NCBI GenBank assembly: GCA_951406725.2
Contig: OX597841.1
Coordinates: forward strand, 11,718,001 to 11,782,000
Length of the DNA stretch: 64,000 bases
DNA from: Octopus vulgaris
Lineage: Eukaryota
Direction: 5' to 3'
The stretch's first letter is position 1; each line of letters starts with the position of its first letter. The translations under genes were made by a program, and so were the position numbers. The notes under the pieces were generated by a model, which saw only the letters and a list, made by a program, of their open reading frames with translations, was not told the origin of the DNA and did not search any database. Of the stretch, positions 24,419-38,449 are shown in pieces.

Positions 24419-24750
24419 AAAATGAGGGTGAAAAAATTGGATATTAATTTAATAACACCAATTTAAACACCAGTGGTCTAGCGCATAAAAAACTGAGATT
24501 CAGTAAATATTATTAATACACAAATATGAGAGAGAATCCACTATGTGGACACTCTTACGCTAGAGATAGATCAGCGAAGGGACTCAACCACTAAGAATAT
24601 ATTTTTGTTATTTTTCAGTTGTCCCTCTCGCTTATGTTCTTAGTGTGCTAAATTTTTTCTTAAGAACAATTCTTAGTGGTTGAGTCCCTTTGCGGTTCTA
24701 TCTCTAGCGTAAGAGCATCCACATAGTGGATTCTCTCTCATATTTGTGTG
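24415..24750. mobile_element. (TA)n-inserted element with ~82-bp inverted duplication (partial copy ~55303-55460)
   Basis: 24517-24598 vs 24668-24750 inverted; 5' part repeated at ~55303. Confidence 0.7.
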
Positions 24751-24764
24751 TATATATATATATA

Positions 24765-25336
24765 TATTCATAAATAAGGGCAAACGATAAAATTTTTTTG
24801 GGAAAAGAATTTTTTTTCGAAAAAAAATTTTTCCTACATTAGATATAAATTTAAGCGTTCACTTCCGGACTCTTTCACTCTGTGAGAGCATCAGTTCAAA
24901 TCGCACGTGTCTCAAATGGGCTAGAGTATTTCTATTTTGGATGTATTTGGGGTACTTAGTTGTGCTCATGACTTAGTGTTTGCTTCTTCCATGGGTATGA
25001 GTGAGTATCTCATTTATTTCTTTTGCCACATGTATCACTGACGAAGAGAAGGCTCTTAGTAGCTAACCCTGAAATCGGTCCGATATGGTAATAATGGAAT
25101 TTTTTAGAAATTTCTGTCCAACTTTTTTCGAGTAGCGTGCGTATTGTAAAAACATTATATGGTTAATGGACAATATGTCCAATTTTTCGGCATATTTGGC
25201 ATTAGAAATTTTTTGGTTTGCCCTTATTTATGAATTGTTTATAATTTTAACCTTTAAAGGTATTTTTTAACATGCTAGCCATTGATAAAATTTTTTTGGA
25301 AAAGAATTTTTTTCGAAAAAAACTTTATCCTACATT

Positions 25337-25343
<7 letters not shown>
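24765..25343 (+). mobile_element. Retrozyme/non-autonomous PLE-like element with ~60-bp direct terminal repeats and HHR at 25031-25087
   Basis: Direct repeat 24786-24847/25284-25343; UGUAUCA-CUGACGA-stem II-GAAA-UCGG-UC-CGAUAUG; related fragment at ~18820-18990. Confidence 0.7.
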
Positions 25344-25390
<47 letters not shown>

Positions 25391-25416
25391 AACATATACA
25401 TTTTCTGTTATTACAG

Positions 25417-25499
25417 ATCAAGAAATGAAGCAGAGAAGCCTGGATGAATTGATGATTCAACTTGAGAACAAGGATATGGAGTGTCAGAGGATTCAGTTG
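25417..25499 (+). CDS. Coiled-coil gene exon
   Basis: ttacag|DQEMKQRSLDELMIQLENKDMECQRIQL|gtcagt; phase 1 to 0. Confidence 0.85.
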
Positions 25500-26106
25500 G
25501 TCAGTGTCTGTCTGTTTGTCTGTCATGTCTATTTTCCATGCTGGCAAGGGTTGGACAGTCCAGCAGGGTACAAGCGTACAATGAGCTAGAGGACATCCTT
25601 GTGCTCCAAAGACAGCTTTGGTGTGGCTTTTACAACTGGATTCTCTTCCTAATGCCAACCACTTTGCAGATTGTATTGGGTGCTTTTTATGTGGCACCAG
25701 CATCAGTGAGGTTGCCAAGTCACTTGCAGGACAAGAAAGGAAAAGGGAAAAAGCCCATTTGACTGAATAGGAGGGAATTTGAGGGAAGGAAAGTGACTTT
25801 ATGCCTGGTGCTAAAGTATGAAGGATGGACAGGCACGGTTGTGTAGATATGGAGGTGATACATGGCAACCCCATATTATATAAGGATGGGTCAATGATAG
25901 CAGTGATGAGATCCCAAAAAGGATTCTCAAGGGACAGAAAAGTGAACAAAAGAAGGGACACGGTTAGTGGATCATTGTATGGCAATGGGGATAATTTCAG
26001 GATACTGCGAAAGGTATGTAACAAGTGATTGGTGATGGCAGTCAGTGGATGTAGGCAGTGATGAATAAGGGTGGAGGGGTAGTTGAAAGGAAATATATAT
26101 ATATAT

Positions 26107-26156
<50 letters not shown>

Positions 26157-26276
26157 ATATATGGGTACAAAAATTCAGGGTGAATACTTGATAATTGTAA
26201 GCACCTGTATATACCATTTAGTGGTGTAGGTGATAGAGTATATTAATCAAAATAAAAACATGATGCAAAGGATTTA

Positions 26277-26354
26277 GCGGTACATATGTTTCGGGCCTTT
26301 ATTAGACGGTTTTATAACAATGCATAATGTGTGTCTATAGCCTTCTTCAGCCGC
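26277..26354 (-). ncRNA. Minimal hammerhead (canonical core) in (TA)n-flanked element ~26160-26440
   Basis: GCGG-CUGAAGA-aGGC..UAGAC...GUCUA..GCCc-GAAA-CAUAUG-UA-CCGC. Confidence 0.8.
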
Positions 26355-26498
26355 GTACAATTACTACTTCAAGGACATGTATTACATTATAAGTTTTACG
26401 TTGCGGGTGCAAATCCTCATAGTCGCGTACGACAGAGTGTATATATATATGTATGTATATATATGTATATATATATGTATGTATATATATATGTATAT

Positions 26499-26539
<41 letters not shown>

Positions 26540-26557
26540 TATATATATGTAAGTATG

Positions 26558-26588
<31 letters not shown>

Positions 26589-26598
26589 GTATGTATGC

Positions 26599-26634
<36 letters not shown>

Positions 26635-26993
26635 GTATGTCATCATCATCATCATCATCGTTTAACGTCCGTTCACCATGCTAGCATGGGTAGGACGGTT
26701 TGACTGGGGATCCGGGAAGCCAGAAGGCTGCACCAGGCTCCAGTCTTATCTGGCAATGTTTCTACAGCTGGATGCCCTTCCTAACGCCAACCACTCCGTG
26801 AGTGTAGTGGGTGCTTTTTATGTGCCACCTGCACTGGTGCCAGGCGAGGCTGCCATCGGCCACGGTCGGATTGGTGCATTTTACGTGCAACCGGCACGGA
26901 AGCCAGTCGAGGCGGCACTGGCTTCAGCCACGATTTGGATGGTGCTTTTTACGTGATGTGTGTATCTACTTTTCTGTATTGTTACTTTCTCAG

Positions 26994-27200
26994 GAGAGCG
27001 AGGGAAGAATGAAAGAGCTGCAGGAACAAATTGTCCAGAAGGACCGACTTATGAGTGACCTTAAACAGACTGTCTCTCATCTCTGCTCTAAACTGACCAA
27101 CAGCTGTTTTAACAATGAGACCAACAGCAACAACAACAACAACAACAACAACAGTATAGCTTCTTCTCGCTCTATCCATTCATTGCTGCAGGAAAACAAG
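26994..27200 (+). CDS. Coiled-coil gene exon
   Basis: ttctcag|ESEGRMKELQEQIVQKDRLMSDLKQ...SLLQENK|gtgagt; phase 0/0. Confidence 0.85.
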
Positions 27201-27929
27201 GTGAGTTGAGGAACTTGTCATCGGCATTCTTCAATTTCTTCGCTTTTCGCTTCTGACTATTTCTGAAATAGTTGGGCTTTGGTTATGGTGGTGGTGGTGG
27301 TGATGTTGGTGGTGGTTGTGCTGGAGGTGGTGATTATGGTGTTGGTGGTAGTGGTGGTTATGGTGGTGGTGGTGGTGGTGGTGGTGATGGTGGTGGTGAT
27401 GGTGGTGATGGTGGTTATGGTGGTGGTGGTGGTGGTGCTGCTGCTGCTGGTAGAGGTGGTGGTGGTGGTGGTGGTGGTGGTGGTGATGGTAGTGGTTGTG
27501 GTGGAGGTGGATGTTATGGTGGTTATGGTGTTGGTGGTAGTGGTGGTGCTGCTGGTAGTGGTGTTGGTGGTAGTGGTGGTGCTGCTGGTAGTGGTGCTGG
27601 TGGTGGTGGTGATGTGGTGGTTGTGGTGGAGGTGGATGTTATGGTGGTTATGGTGTTGGTGGTAGTGGTGGTGCTGCTGGTAGTGGTGGTGGTGGTGGTA
27701 GTGGTTGTGGTGGAGGTGGATGTTATGGTGGTGGTTGTAGTGTTGGTGCTGGTGGGGCTTTTGGTGGAGGTGGTGATCATTGTGGTGTTGGTGCTTGTAG
27801 TGTGGCAGTGGTTGAGGTGGTAGTTCTAGTGGTTGTGGTTGTAGTAGTTGTGGTGATGGTGGTAGTGGTGGCTATGGTGTTGGCAGTGAAAAAAGCTTTT
27901 GTGCGTTCCCAGAGAATATTACCCTCAGC

Positions 27930-28600
27930 GAAGCTAGTGTTGGTATATTCGTGAATAAGCCACCAACCGAAATAAGTGGATCTATTGTTTAGGAGAATAC
28001 TATTAACTTGTTTAAGCTTTGTACTGTATAAACTGAGAAAATAACCAAAATAGTTCAAGTACGAAGAAATAAGTATCCTTAATTTCATTTTTTCCAAATA
28101 ATTTACGTAGGAGGCGAGGGGTTATTTCCCTTGGAAGTTTAAAATTATTTTATGACGGAAGCAATGGGTTATTTCCCTTGGAAGCTTAAAAATAATTTAC
28201 GACGAAGGCAATGGGTTATTTTCCCTTGGAAGCTTAAAAATAATTATTGATGGAGGCAATGGGTTATTTTCCCTTGGAAGCTTAAAAATAATTATTGACG
28301 GAGGCAATGGGTTATTTCCCTTGGAAGCTTAAAAATAATTTATGACAGAGGCAATGGGTTATTTCCCTTGGAACCTGAAAAGTAATTACGCCCGCTGTTC
28401 AACTGCGCCCAAATGTTATTCCTCCTGCCGTTTACCCAAACATTTTTTCTAAATTAATTTATACTTAAAACCTCCCCAGATATATAAATAATGAGTGTAT
28501 GAAGTTTAAGAAAAATCGGTCAAGCTGTTTTGATGCAAAATGAGGACATACTGATACACACACACACACAGAGACATTTTCAGTTTTAATATGTAAGATT
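27930..28600 (+). mobile_element. DINE-1/Lep1-like (Helentron-associated) non-autonomous element with ~6 x 42-bp internal tandem repeat
   Basis: gcaatgggttatttcccttggaagcttaaaaataatt units at 28118-28375; 3' end ...aaaatcggtcaagctgtttt...(CA)n...ttttaatatgtaagatt. 5' boundary uncertain. Confidence 0.55.
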
Positions 28601-29168
28601 ATTATTCTATCTATGTATCTTGGTTTAGTGGTATGGAATTAAGGTGGCGAGCTGGCAGAAACGTTAGCATGCCAGGCGAAATGCCTAGCGGTATTTCGTC
28701 TGCGATTACGTTCTGAGTTCAAATTCCGCCGAGGTAGACTTTGCCTTTCATCCTTTCGGGGTCGATAAATTAAACACCAGTAACGCACTGGGGTCGATGC
28801 AATCGACTTAATCCTTTTGTCTGTCCTTGTTTGTCCCCTCTGTGTTTAACCCCTTGTGGGTAATAAAGAAATAGGTATGGAATGTTCTTCTGGTTTTCTT
28901 TTATTCTTTTACTTGTTTTAGTAATTTGACGGTGGCCATACTGGAGCACCACCTTTTTGCCAAAGAAATCAACCCCTGGATTTATTCCCTGTAAGCCTGG
29001 TGCTTATTCTCTCAGACTCTTCTGCCGAACAGCTTAGTTACAAGAACACAAACAAACCAACATCGGTTGTCAAGCAATGGTGGAAGCGACAAACACCGAC
29101 AGAAACATTATTATTACTATAATTATTGTTGTTGTTGTTGTTATTAATTTACCTCTCACTCATTTCAG

Positions 29169-29235
29169 GAATCCATGTTAGATCTATCTGAGAAGATCCA
29201 GACAAAACAATTGAGTTATGAAGAAGCTTTAACAG
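29169..29235 (+). CDS. Coiled-coil gene exon
   Basis: catttcag|ESMLDLSEKIQTKQLSYEEALT|gtgaga; phase 0 to 1. Confidence 0.85.
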
Positions 29236-30003
29236 GTGAGAAACTCCTACGACCATTCCTCTGCATACTCTTTTACTCTCTTTTACTCTTTTACTTGTTT
29301 CAGTCATTTGACTGCGGCCATGCTGGAGCACCGCCTTTTAGCCAAGCAAATCGACCCCGGGACTTATTCTTTGTAAGCCCAGTACTTATTCTATTGGTCT
29401 CTTTTGCTGAACCGCTAAGTAACGGGGACTTAAACACACCAGCATCGATTATCAAGCAATGCTAGGGGGACAAACACAGACACACAAACATACACACACA
29501 CACACACATATATATATATACATATATACGACAGGCTTCTTTCAGTTTCCGTCTACCAAATCCACTCACAAGGCATTGGTCGGCCCGAGGCTATAGCAGA
29601 AGACACTTGCCCAAGATGCCACACAGTGGGACTGAACCCGGAACCATATGGCTGGTAAGCAAGCTACTTACCACACAACCTGTGCCATCATTCTTCTACA
29701 TTCTTTGTAGCAGTCTTCCTTCTGTCCCACCCACACCACCTCGCCCATCTTTCTCTCCTCACCCTTCTCTTCCTTTCTCCTCCTCCTCCTCCTTTACAAA
29801 ATCCATATTCTGACACAAATTGAAGAATCATTACTATTTAGGTGCAGGAGTGGCTGTGTGCTAAGAAGCTTGCTTACGAACCACATGGTCCCAGGTTCAG
29901 TCCTGTTGCATAGCACCTTGGGCAAGTGTCTTCTACTATAGCCTCAGACCAACCAAAGCCTTGTGACTGGATTTAGTAGATGGAAACTGAAAGAAGCCTG
30001 TCA

Positions 30004-30034
<31 letters not shown>

Positions 30035-30571
30035 GTATGTATATATAAAATATTAGAAAAAAACCACCTTTTATCAATTCAAAATGAATAATTAAATTAC
30101 ACCATCTAGAAAATTACATATAATAGAAAAGTTAAAATTAAAATAACAATAAAATGTAAAGATTAAGTAAATTGCAAAAAATAATAAAATAATAATAATA
30201 AAATAATTATAAATAATAATTATAATAAATAATAAAAAAATAAATAATAATAAATAATAAAAATAATAATAATAATAAATATATATCATTATCGTCATTG
30301 TTAAATGTCCACCTTCCATACTGGCATGGGTTAGATGGTTTGACTGGGGGCTGGCAAACCAGAAGGCTGCTGCTCCAGGGTCCAGTCTGGTCTGGCAAAG
30401 TTTCTACAGCTGGATGCCCTTCCTAACGCCAACCACAACCACTCAGAGTGTAGTGAATGCTTTTTATGTGCCACCGGCATGAGGGCCAGTCAGGCAGTAT
30501 TGGCTTCAGCCTGCCCGTCTCATTAGGGAGAAAGTCTGCTTAGATGAGATGCAGTTCGATTTTGTGCTGGG

Positions 30572-30595
30572 TTAGGGTTAGGGTTAGGGTTAGGG
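30572..30595 (+). repeat. Interstitial telomeric repeat (TTAGGG)4
   Basis: Four perfect TTAGGG units preceded by ggg. Confidence 0.9.
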
Positions 30596-30842
30596 CATTA
30601 GGAAGGGCATCAGGCTGTAGAAACACTGCCAGATCAGACTGGAGCCTGGTGCAGACCCTCTGTTGTTGATGTTGAAATTCCAATGAAGGAGCCTTGGATC
30701 TAAGTTAGAAACCGGTTCTTTCTCTATTGGCCAGAAATCTTGAAATAAAACTGAACAGTGACATGCATACACCACCATCAATCACTACTACTACTTCTGC
30801 TACTACAGTACTTGCATCCCCACTACATTTCTATCTCTTCAG

Positions 30843-30949
30843 CTGCCCACACAGACCACCAGAGCCAGCTAGAGAAACTGCAGTCTGTCCACCAGGAAGA
30901 AGTTGAATGCTTGCAGCAGGAACACAGCAACAGCATCGAAGCCATAATG
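30843..30949 (+). CDS. Coiled-coil gene exon
   Basis: ctcttcag|AAHTDHQSQLEKLQSVHQEEVECLQQEHSNSIEAIM|gtcagt; phase 1 to 0. Confidence 0.85.
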
Positions 30950-31250
30950 GTCAGTCTGTCTGTCTCCCTGTCTCTTTCTATCTCTTCTGTGTCTGTGTGT
31001 CTCTGTGACCAATGGAGAGTATCGGGGCACAATCTTTGAAGAATTTTCAACCAAATCAATTGACCTCAGAGCTTAATCATTTGTTTTTATCACTCTCTTT
31101 TGCTGAATTGACTAGAAGCAGAAATACAAACACACATAGGTGTGTGTGTGTGTGTAAGGAACATTCACAGTGACTTTCTCATCAGCTGGTTTCCAAGATG
31201 TCATAGTGGTTTCATGCTATTTAAACCAAGACCACTGTTATCTAATTGGA

Positions 31251-31282
<32 letters not shown>

Positions 31283-31667
31283 GACAGGCTTTTTCCAGTT
31301 TCTGTCTACCAAATCCACCTACATGTCTTTGGTCAGCCCAAGGCTATAGTAGAAGACACTTGCCCAGGACCATGTGGTTTGGATGCAAGCTTCTTACCAC
31401 ACAGTGACACCTGTGCTTTGTCTTTCTTGTATATAAATGAAAGACCAGGTATGAATCAAGGTCATTACGTAATTCCATATTCTTTTATTGTAGTAAATTT
31501 GCCTTACAGCTGTTTCCAATAACCATTCTTGGTTCGCTCAGAAACAGCTGTAAGACAAATTTACAAGAAACAAAAGAATATATAAACACACCAGCATCGG
31601 TTGTCAAGCGATGTTGGGGGGACAAACACAGATACACAAACACATACACATACATATACACATACAT

Positions 31668-31899
<232 letters not shown>

Positions 31900-31960
31900 G
31901 TTAATCCAAACGGGAAAACAGAAAAAACAACAACACGTGGAACAATTACAGTATTATTAT

Positions 31961-32057
<97 letters not shown>

Positions 32058-32204
32058 GGCTAGGGTCCTCAACCGATATATAATTTATATATTTTTATGA
32101 CGAAAAATGCGAGCGATGTATAAGTACGCAGGCAAAGCAGAGTTATAACAGAGTAATTTCCCTTCATTTTTAACGGTATTTTTTCATAACGTTTTCAAAT
32201 AGCC

Positions 32205-32266
32205 AGATAACCGAAGAGATGGTGTTGTGGATTTCACTTCGGCATCTGAAACTCAGAGTTTTATCT
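32205..32266 (+). ncRNA. Hammerhead-like motif, U4C variant
   Basis: AGAUAA-CCGAAGA-GAUG...CAUCu-GAAA-CUCAGAG-UU-UUAUCU; same family as 10473-10532. Confidence 0.6.
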
Positions 32267-32295
32267 TGACTACCGAGTAATGTAACATATTGTAT

Positions 32296-32333
<38 letters not shown>

Positions 32334-33165
32334 GACAAGCTTCTTTCAGTTTCCGTCTACCAAATCCACTCACAAGGCTTTGGTCGGCCCGAGGCTATAT
32401 AGAGGACACTTGTGCAAGGTGCCACGCAGTGGGACTGAACCCGGAACCATGTGGCTGGTAAGCAAGCTACATACCACACAGCGACTCCTACGTCCATGTG
32501 TACCTTTAATGTAGTTATCAGAGAGATATTTTATGAGACAGAATGTGAAAAGGCCAGCCTCTTTCAATTACAGGTACAACACATTTTTGTCAGCTGAGTG
32601 GACTGGAGCAAGGTGAAGTAAAGTATCTTGCTCCAGGACACAATGCATTGCCAGGAATTGAACTCATGACATTATGATTGCTGGGCAAACATCTTAACCA
32701 CTAAGCCATGTATCTTCACATCATTTATATAGAAAATATATGTGTGTGTGTGTGTGTGTGTGTCCCTTCCCCCACCACTTTCTCACAACCGGTGTTGGTG
32801 TGTTTACACATGGTCCTGACTTAGCAGTTCAATAAAAATACTTCGATAAAATAAGAATGAAGTTTTTAAAAAAATGTGTCAGGGGACGGACTTGTTCTAC
32901 TGAACCCTTTAAAGCGCAGCCCAATGATTCAAACAAGTACTATATGTATATATATGTGTGTGTGTGTATATTTAGGGCTAAAAACCACTATGTGGACAGC
33001 CGTATGCTAGAAATAGATCACATACAATCAAACTACAAAGGTGTGTATGTGTGTGTGTGTGTGTGTGTATACATATATACACAAACACACTCACACATAC
33101 ACACACATATATGTATGTGTGTGGGGGGCGTATGTGTGTGTATGTGTATATATAAATATATATAT

Positions 33166-33229
<64 letters not shown>

Positions 33230-33642
33230 AGGCACAATGGCCTAGTGGTTAGGGCAGCGGGCTCGCTGTCGTAGGATCGCGGTTTCGATTCCCAGACCAG
33301 GCTTTGTGAGTGTTTATTGAGCAAAAACACTTAAAATGCTCCACGAGGCTCCGGCAGGGGTGGTGATCCCTGCTGTACTCTTTCACCACTCTTTCTCCCA
33401 CTCTTTCTTCTGTTGGCCTGCTTGCTTAGCCAGCAGGGTGAGGTCATTCGAAGGCTAAAAAACAATACAAACGCATTGTGACCAGCGATGTGTAACTACA
33501 TCTGATGGACTGGTCGGTCACGTGATCACATGATATATATAAATATATATATATATACATACATACATATATATACATACATTTATATGTTTATATATGT
33601 ATATATTTATGCATATATATACAGTATGTATATGGGTGTGTG

Positions 33643-33679
<37 letters not shown>

Positions 33680-34007
33680 GTATGCACACACACATATACA
33701 GTATGTATGTGTGTGTGTGTGTGTGTATATATATAATATATATTTATGTATGCACACACACGCACATACATATATATATATATATCCACTCACGCACATA
33801 CACACCCACCCACCCTACCCACCCAGATCAATTACCAGACTCTTTGATAAGAAAGTGGTCGAACCACAACAGACGGCCATCACCAAGACCACCGAATGTA
33901 CACGCAACACACCACCACCACAACCACCGCCACCACCGCTACCACCGCCAGCACCACCTTCATTGTAAAGTACATCTACATCAATCATCACCCCTGCCCC
34001 ACCCACA

Positions 34008-34038
<31 letters not shown>

Positions 34039-34094
34039 TTGTCACAACCACCAGCAATAGTACCACCACTGCCACCACTACCACCCTCACTGTC

Positions 34095-34550
<456 letters not shown>

Positions 34551-34792
34551 CTACTGCTCAACTCTAATCCTCCTCTTACTTCTCCTCTTCCTCCTGCTCT
34601 CCCCTTCTCTATGTTGCTGTCGGTGCACTTGCAGCTGGTGCAGTTATTCTCTCTTTCTTTTCCTCTCTCTCTCTCCTCTCTCTCTCTCTGTTCTCTCTCT
34701 CTCTCTCTCTCTGTCTACACACACACACACCCTTATATACACCCATATAGTTATCATACAGAAGTCTCCCTTGTTGGCTCATACACATACAC

Positions 34793-34830
<38 letters not shown>

Positions 34831-34970
34831 CATATATACATATATATACATATATACAGACACACATATATATACATATATATACATATATACACACATA
34901 AGACACGAGGATGTGACTTGTGAAAATAAACTCATACCAAACAGAGACATGTGTGTGTGTGTGTGTATAC

Positions 34971-35061
<91 letters not shown>

Positions 35062-35121
35062 CATATGAATGTGTATATGTACATATTTATAAATATATAT
35101 GTATATATGAATGTGTATATT

Positions 35122-35214
<93 letters not shown>

Positions 35215-35264
35215 TGATAGACAGATAGGAAAAAAAAAATGTTAATATAGATGTATGTATGTGT

Positions 35265-35442
35265 ACACACACACATACACACACCTACACATACACACAC
35301 CAACACATACACACATACACACACCAACACATATACACATACACACACACACACCTACATACACACACACCTGCACACACACACACCTACACATACACAC
35401 ACACACCTACACACACACCTACACATACACACACACACACCT

Positions 35443-35473
<31 letters not shown>

Positions 35474-35857
35474 CACATACACACACACACACCTACATAC
35501 ACACACACATACACCTACATACACGCACACATACACACACACACCTACACATACACACCTACACACACACCACACCTACACACACACACACACCTACACA
35601 CATACACACACACACCTACACACCTACACACGCACACATACACACACACACCTACACATACACACCTACACACACACCTACACATACACACACACACACC
35701 TACATACACACACACATACACCTACATACACGCACACATACACACACATACACACCTACACACACACCTACACACACACACACACACACACCTACACACA
35801 CCTACACACACACACACACATACACACACACACCTACACATACACACCTACACACAC

Positions 35858-35892
<35 letters not shown>

Positions 35893-35988
35893 ACACTACA
35901 CACCTACACACACACCTACACACACATCTACACACACATCTACACACACCTACACACGCACACACCTGCACACACACACCACACACAC

Positions 35989-36025
<37 letters not shown>
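35265..36025. repeat. (CA)n-derived cacctaca degenerate satellite
   Basis: Seen directly in the sequence. Confidence 0.9.
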
Positions 36026-36160
36026 CATTTATCTGGTTCCTCCCTCCATCATTATTTCCTGCATGTTGTGGTCAAGTAGCAGCAGCTGCAGTGTTGTTGC
36101 TGTTGCTCTTGTTGTTGGTGGTGGTGGTCGTGGTAGGTAATCATTTCTAGAAAATTCCAG

Positions 36161-36194
36161 GTGGGAATTATACATAAAAATGAGACGATTAAAG
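36161..36194 (+). CDS. Candidate small exon of coiled-coil gene
   Basis: ttccag|VGIIHKNETIK g|gtgagt; phase 0 to 1 links 30949 to 41781. Confidence 0.5.
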
Positions 36195-36462
36195 GTGAGT
36201 GCCGTTGTTGTTGTTGTTGTTGTTGCAATTGTTGTTTAACCCGTGGCTAGCCTTCACCTGACTGGCCTGTAACCATATGTTCCAACCATGACCATCCTCT
36301 ATCTTTCCTTTTGCCAGTAGAAACAGGAGACAACATAATACAATGTGTTACCTATAGAAGAGTAAGGCTTAATTTGAGGAAGATTTGACTGCTATTTCTA
36401 CCAGATTTAAAGCTGTTATTTTGAGGCTTCCCTCAATAATTTAGACATACATATATACATGC

Positions 36463-36524
<62 letters not shown>

Positions 36525-36541
36525 AATGTATCATGTATATA

Positions 36542-36585
<44 letters not shown>

Positions 36586-36742
36586 GGAGGAGAGTTTATG
36601 AAAAAAAACAAAAGACGAAGACAGGTGGTGTAGAAAACAAACAGATGTATTAGTATATATATATATATATATATATATATTGTCAATGCGTCATGTATTT
36701 ATCTGAATGTTAATATATATATATGTGTGTGTGCTTGTATAT

Positions 36743-36789
<47 letters not shown>

Positions 36790-36861
36790 TAGATAGATAG
36801 ATAGACACATAAATGTGAAACAAGATGGAAAAAAGAGTACTCAAATACCAGGGGTAGAGTA

Positions 36862-36950
36862 ATATGCTTTATTTAAAAGCAGCAGAAATTCAACAAAACC
36901 TGTTACTCGGAGTAACAGGTTTTCTTGAATTTCTGCTGCTTTTAAATAAA

Positions 36951-36956
<6 letters not shown>
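36862..36956. repeat. 95-bp near-perfect palindrome
   Basis: Arms 36862-36908/36910-36956 centred on ACTC-G-GAGT. Confidence 0.9.
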
Positions 36957-36989
<33 letters not shown>

Positions 36990-37517
36990 TAGATGTATAT
37001 ATATATATGTATATATATATATACATATACATACACAAACACACAAACATATTTTATATATTCATATGTATGTATATATATATATATATATACCCGTGCT
37101 GGTGGCATGTTAAATGCACCGTCCGAATGTGGCAGATGCCAGCACTGCCTGACTGGCATCTGTATCGGTGGCACGTAAAAGCACCAACTGATTGTGGCTG
37201 TTTGCCAGCTTCCTCTGGCCCCTGCTGAAAATAGCAGCCATGATCTGACTCTAAAACCACCTTAATTGTCCATATATCAATACGGAGAGAAAACAAAGAA
37301 ACAAGATGAAACTAGTAAAAAATTAGTGGATAATTCTAGATCCCGAAATATTAGGGTGTTTTGTTTCTTAAGAATGAGCATAAGAAATTGACGCATGTTC
37401 TCCAAATCCAGTTTATGAGTGGCACAGTGAAGATCTGTAAGACATTGCAAAGATTATCCATCAGAGATTCTGATGTAAATAGATGCACACACTTGGGTGG
37501 ATGCAGTGACAGTTGAG

Positions 37518-38325
37518 CAAACACATTGACTCAAACACATTTGACTCAAACACATTTGACTCAAACACATTTGACTCAAACACATTTGACTCAAACACAT
37601 TGACTCAAACACATTGAGTCAAACACATTTGACACAAACACATTGAGTCAAACACATTGAGTCAAACACATTGAGTCAAACACATTTGACTCAAATACAT
37701 TTGACTCAAACACATTTGACTCAGACACATTGACTCAAACACATTGAGTCAAACATATTTGACTCAAACACATTTGCGTCAAACACATTTGACTCAAACA
37801 CATTGACTCAAGCACATTTGACTCAAACACATTTGACCCAAACACATTGACTCAAACACATTTGACTAAAACACATTTGATTCAAACACATTTGACTCAA
37901 ACACATTTGACTCAAACACATTGACTCAAACACATTGACTCAAACACATTTGACTCAAACACATGACTCAAACACATATGACTCAAACACATTGACTCAA
38001 ACACATTGACTCAAACACATTGACTCAAACACATTTGACTCAAACACATTGACTCAAACACATTTGACTCAAACACATATGACTCAAACACATTGATGAC
38101 TCAAACACATTGACTCAAACACATTTGACTCAAACACATGACTCAAACACATTTGACTCAAACACATTGACTCAAACACATATGACTCAAACACATTTGA
38201 CTCAAACACATTGACTCAAACACATTGACTCAAACACATTGACTCAAACACATTGACTCAAACACATTTGACTCAAACACATGACTCAAACACATATGAC
38301 TCAAACACATTTGGCTCAAACACAT
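37518..38325. repeat. 15/16-bp minisatellite (t)ttgactcaaacaca, ~50 units
   Basis: Seen directly in the sequence. Confidence 0.95.
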
Positions 38326-38449
38326 ATTTATAAAGAGCGGAACTCCCTTGATTTTGGTTTGATAGCAACAGGCTGGAACTCTTCCAAAGAGAATTTAAAC
38401 TCCAAGGAAAATCATACACACACACATACGTAGATACATACATTCAGAC

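Noticed and set aside
24862-24900. Minus-strand CUGAUGC-CUC/GAG-GAAA-GAGUC hammerhead-like string
   Set aside because: No stem I and no credible stem III pairing.
25740-26085. Complex sequence with short ORFs (also 57700-58030, 58600-59040)
   Set aside because: No recognisable motifs or splice-phase fit; probably old TE debris, left unassigned.
33227-33300. tRNA-like sequences (also ~5995-6067, ~11530-11600, SINE heads)
   Set aside because: They continue into SINE bodies and lack a full cloverleaf, so they are SINE heads and not tRNA genes.
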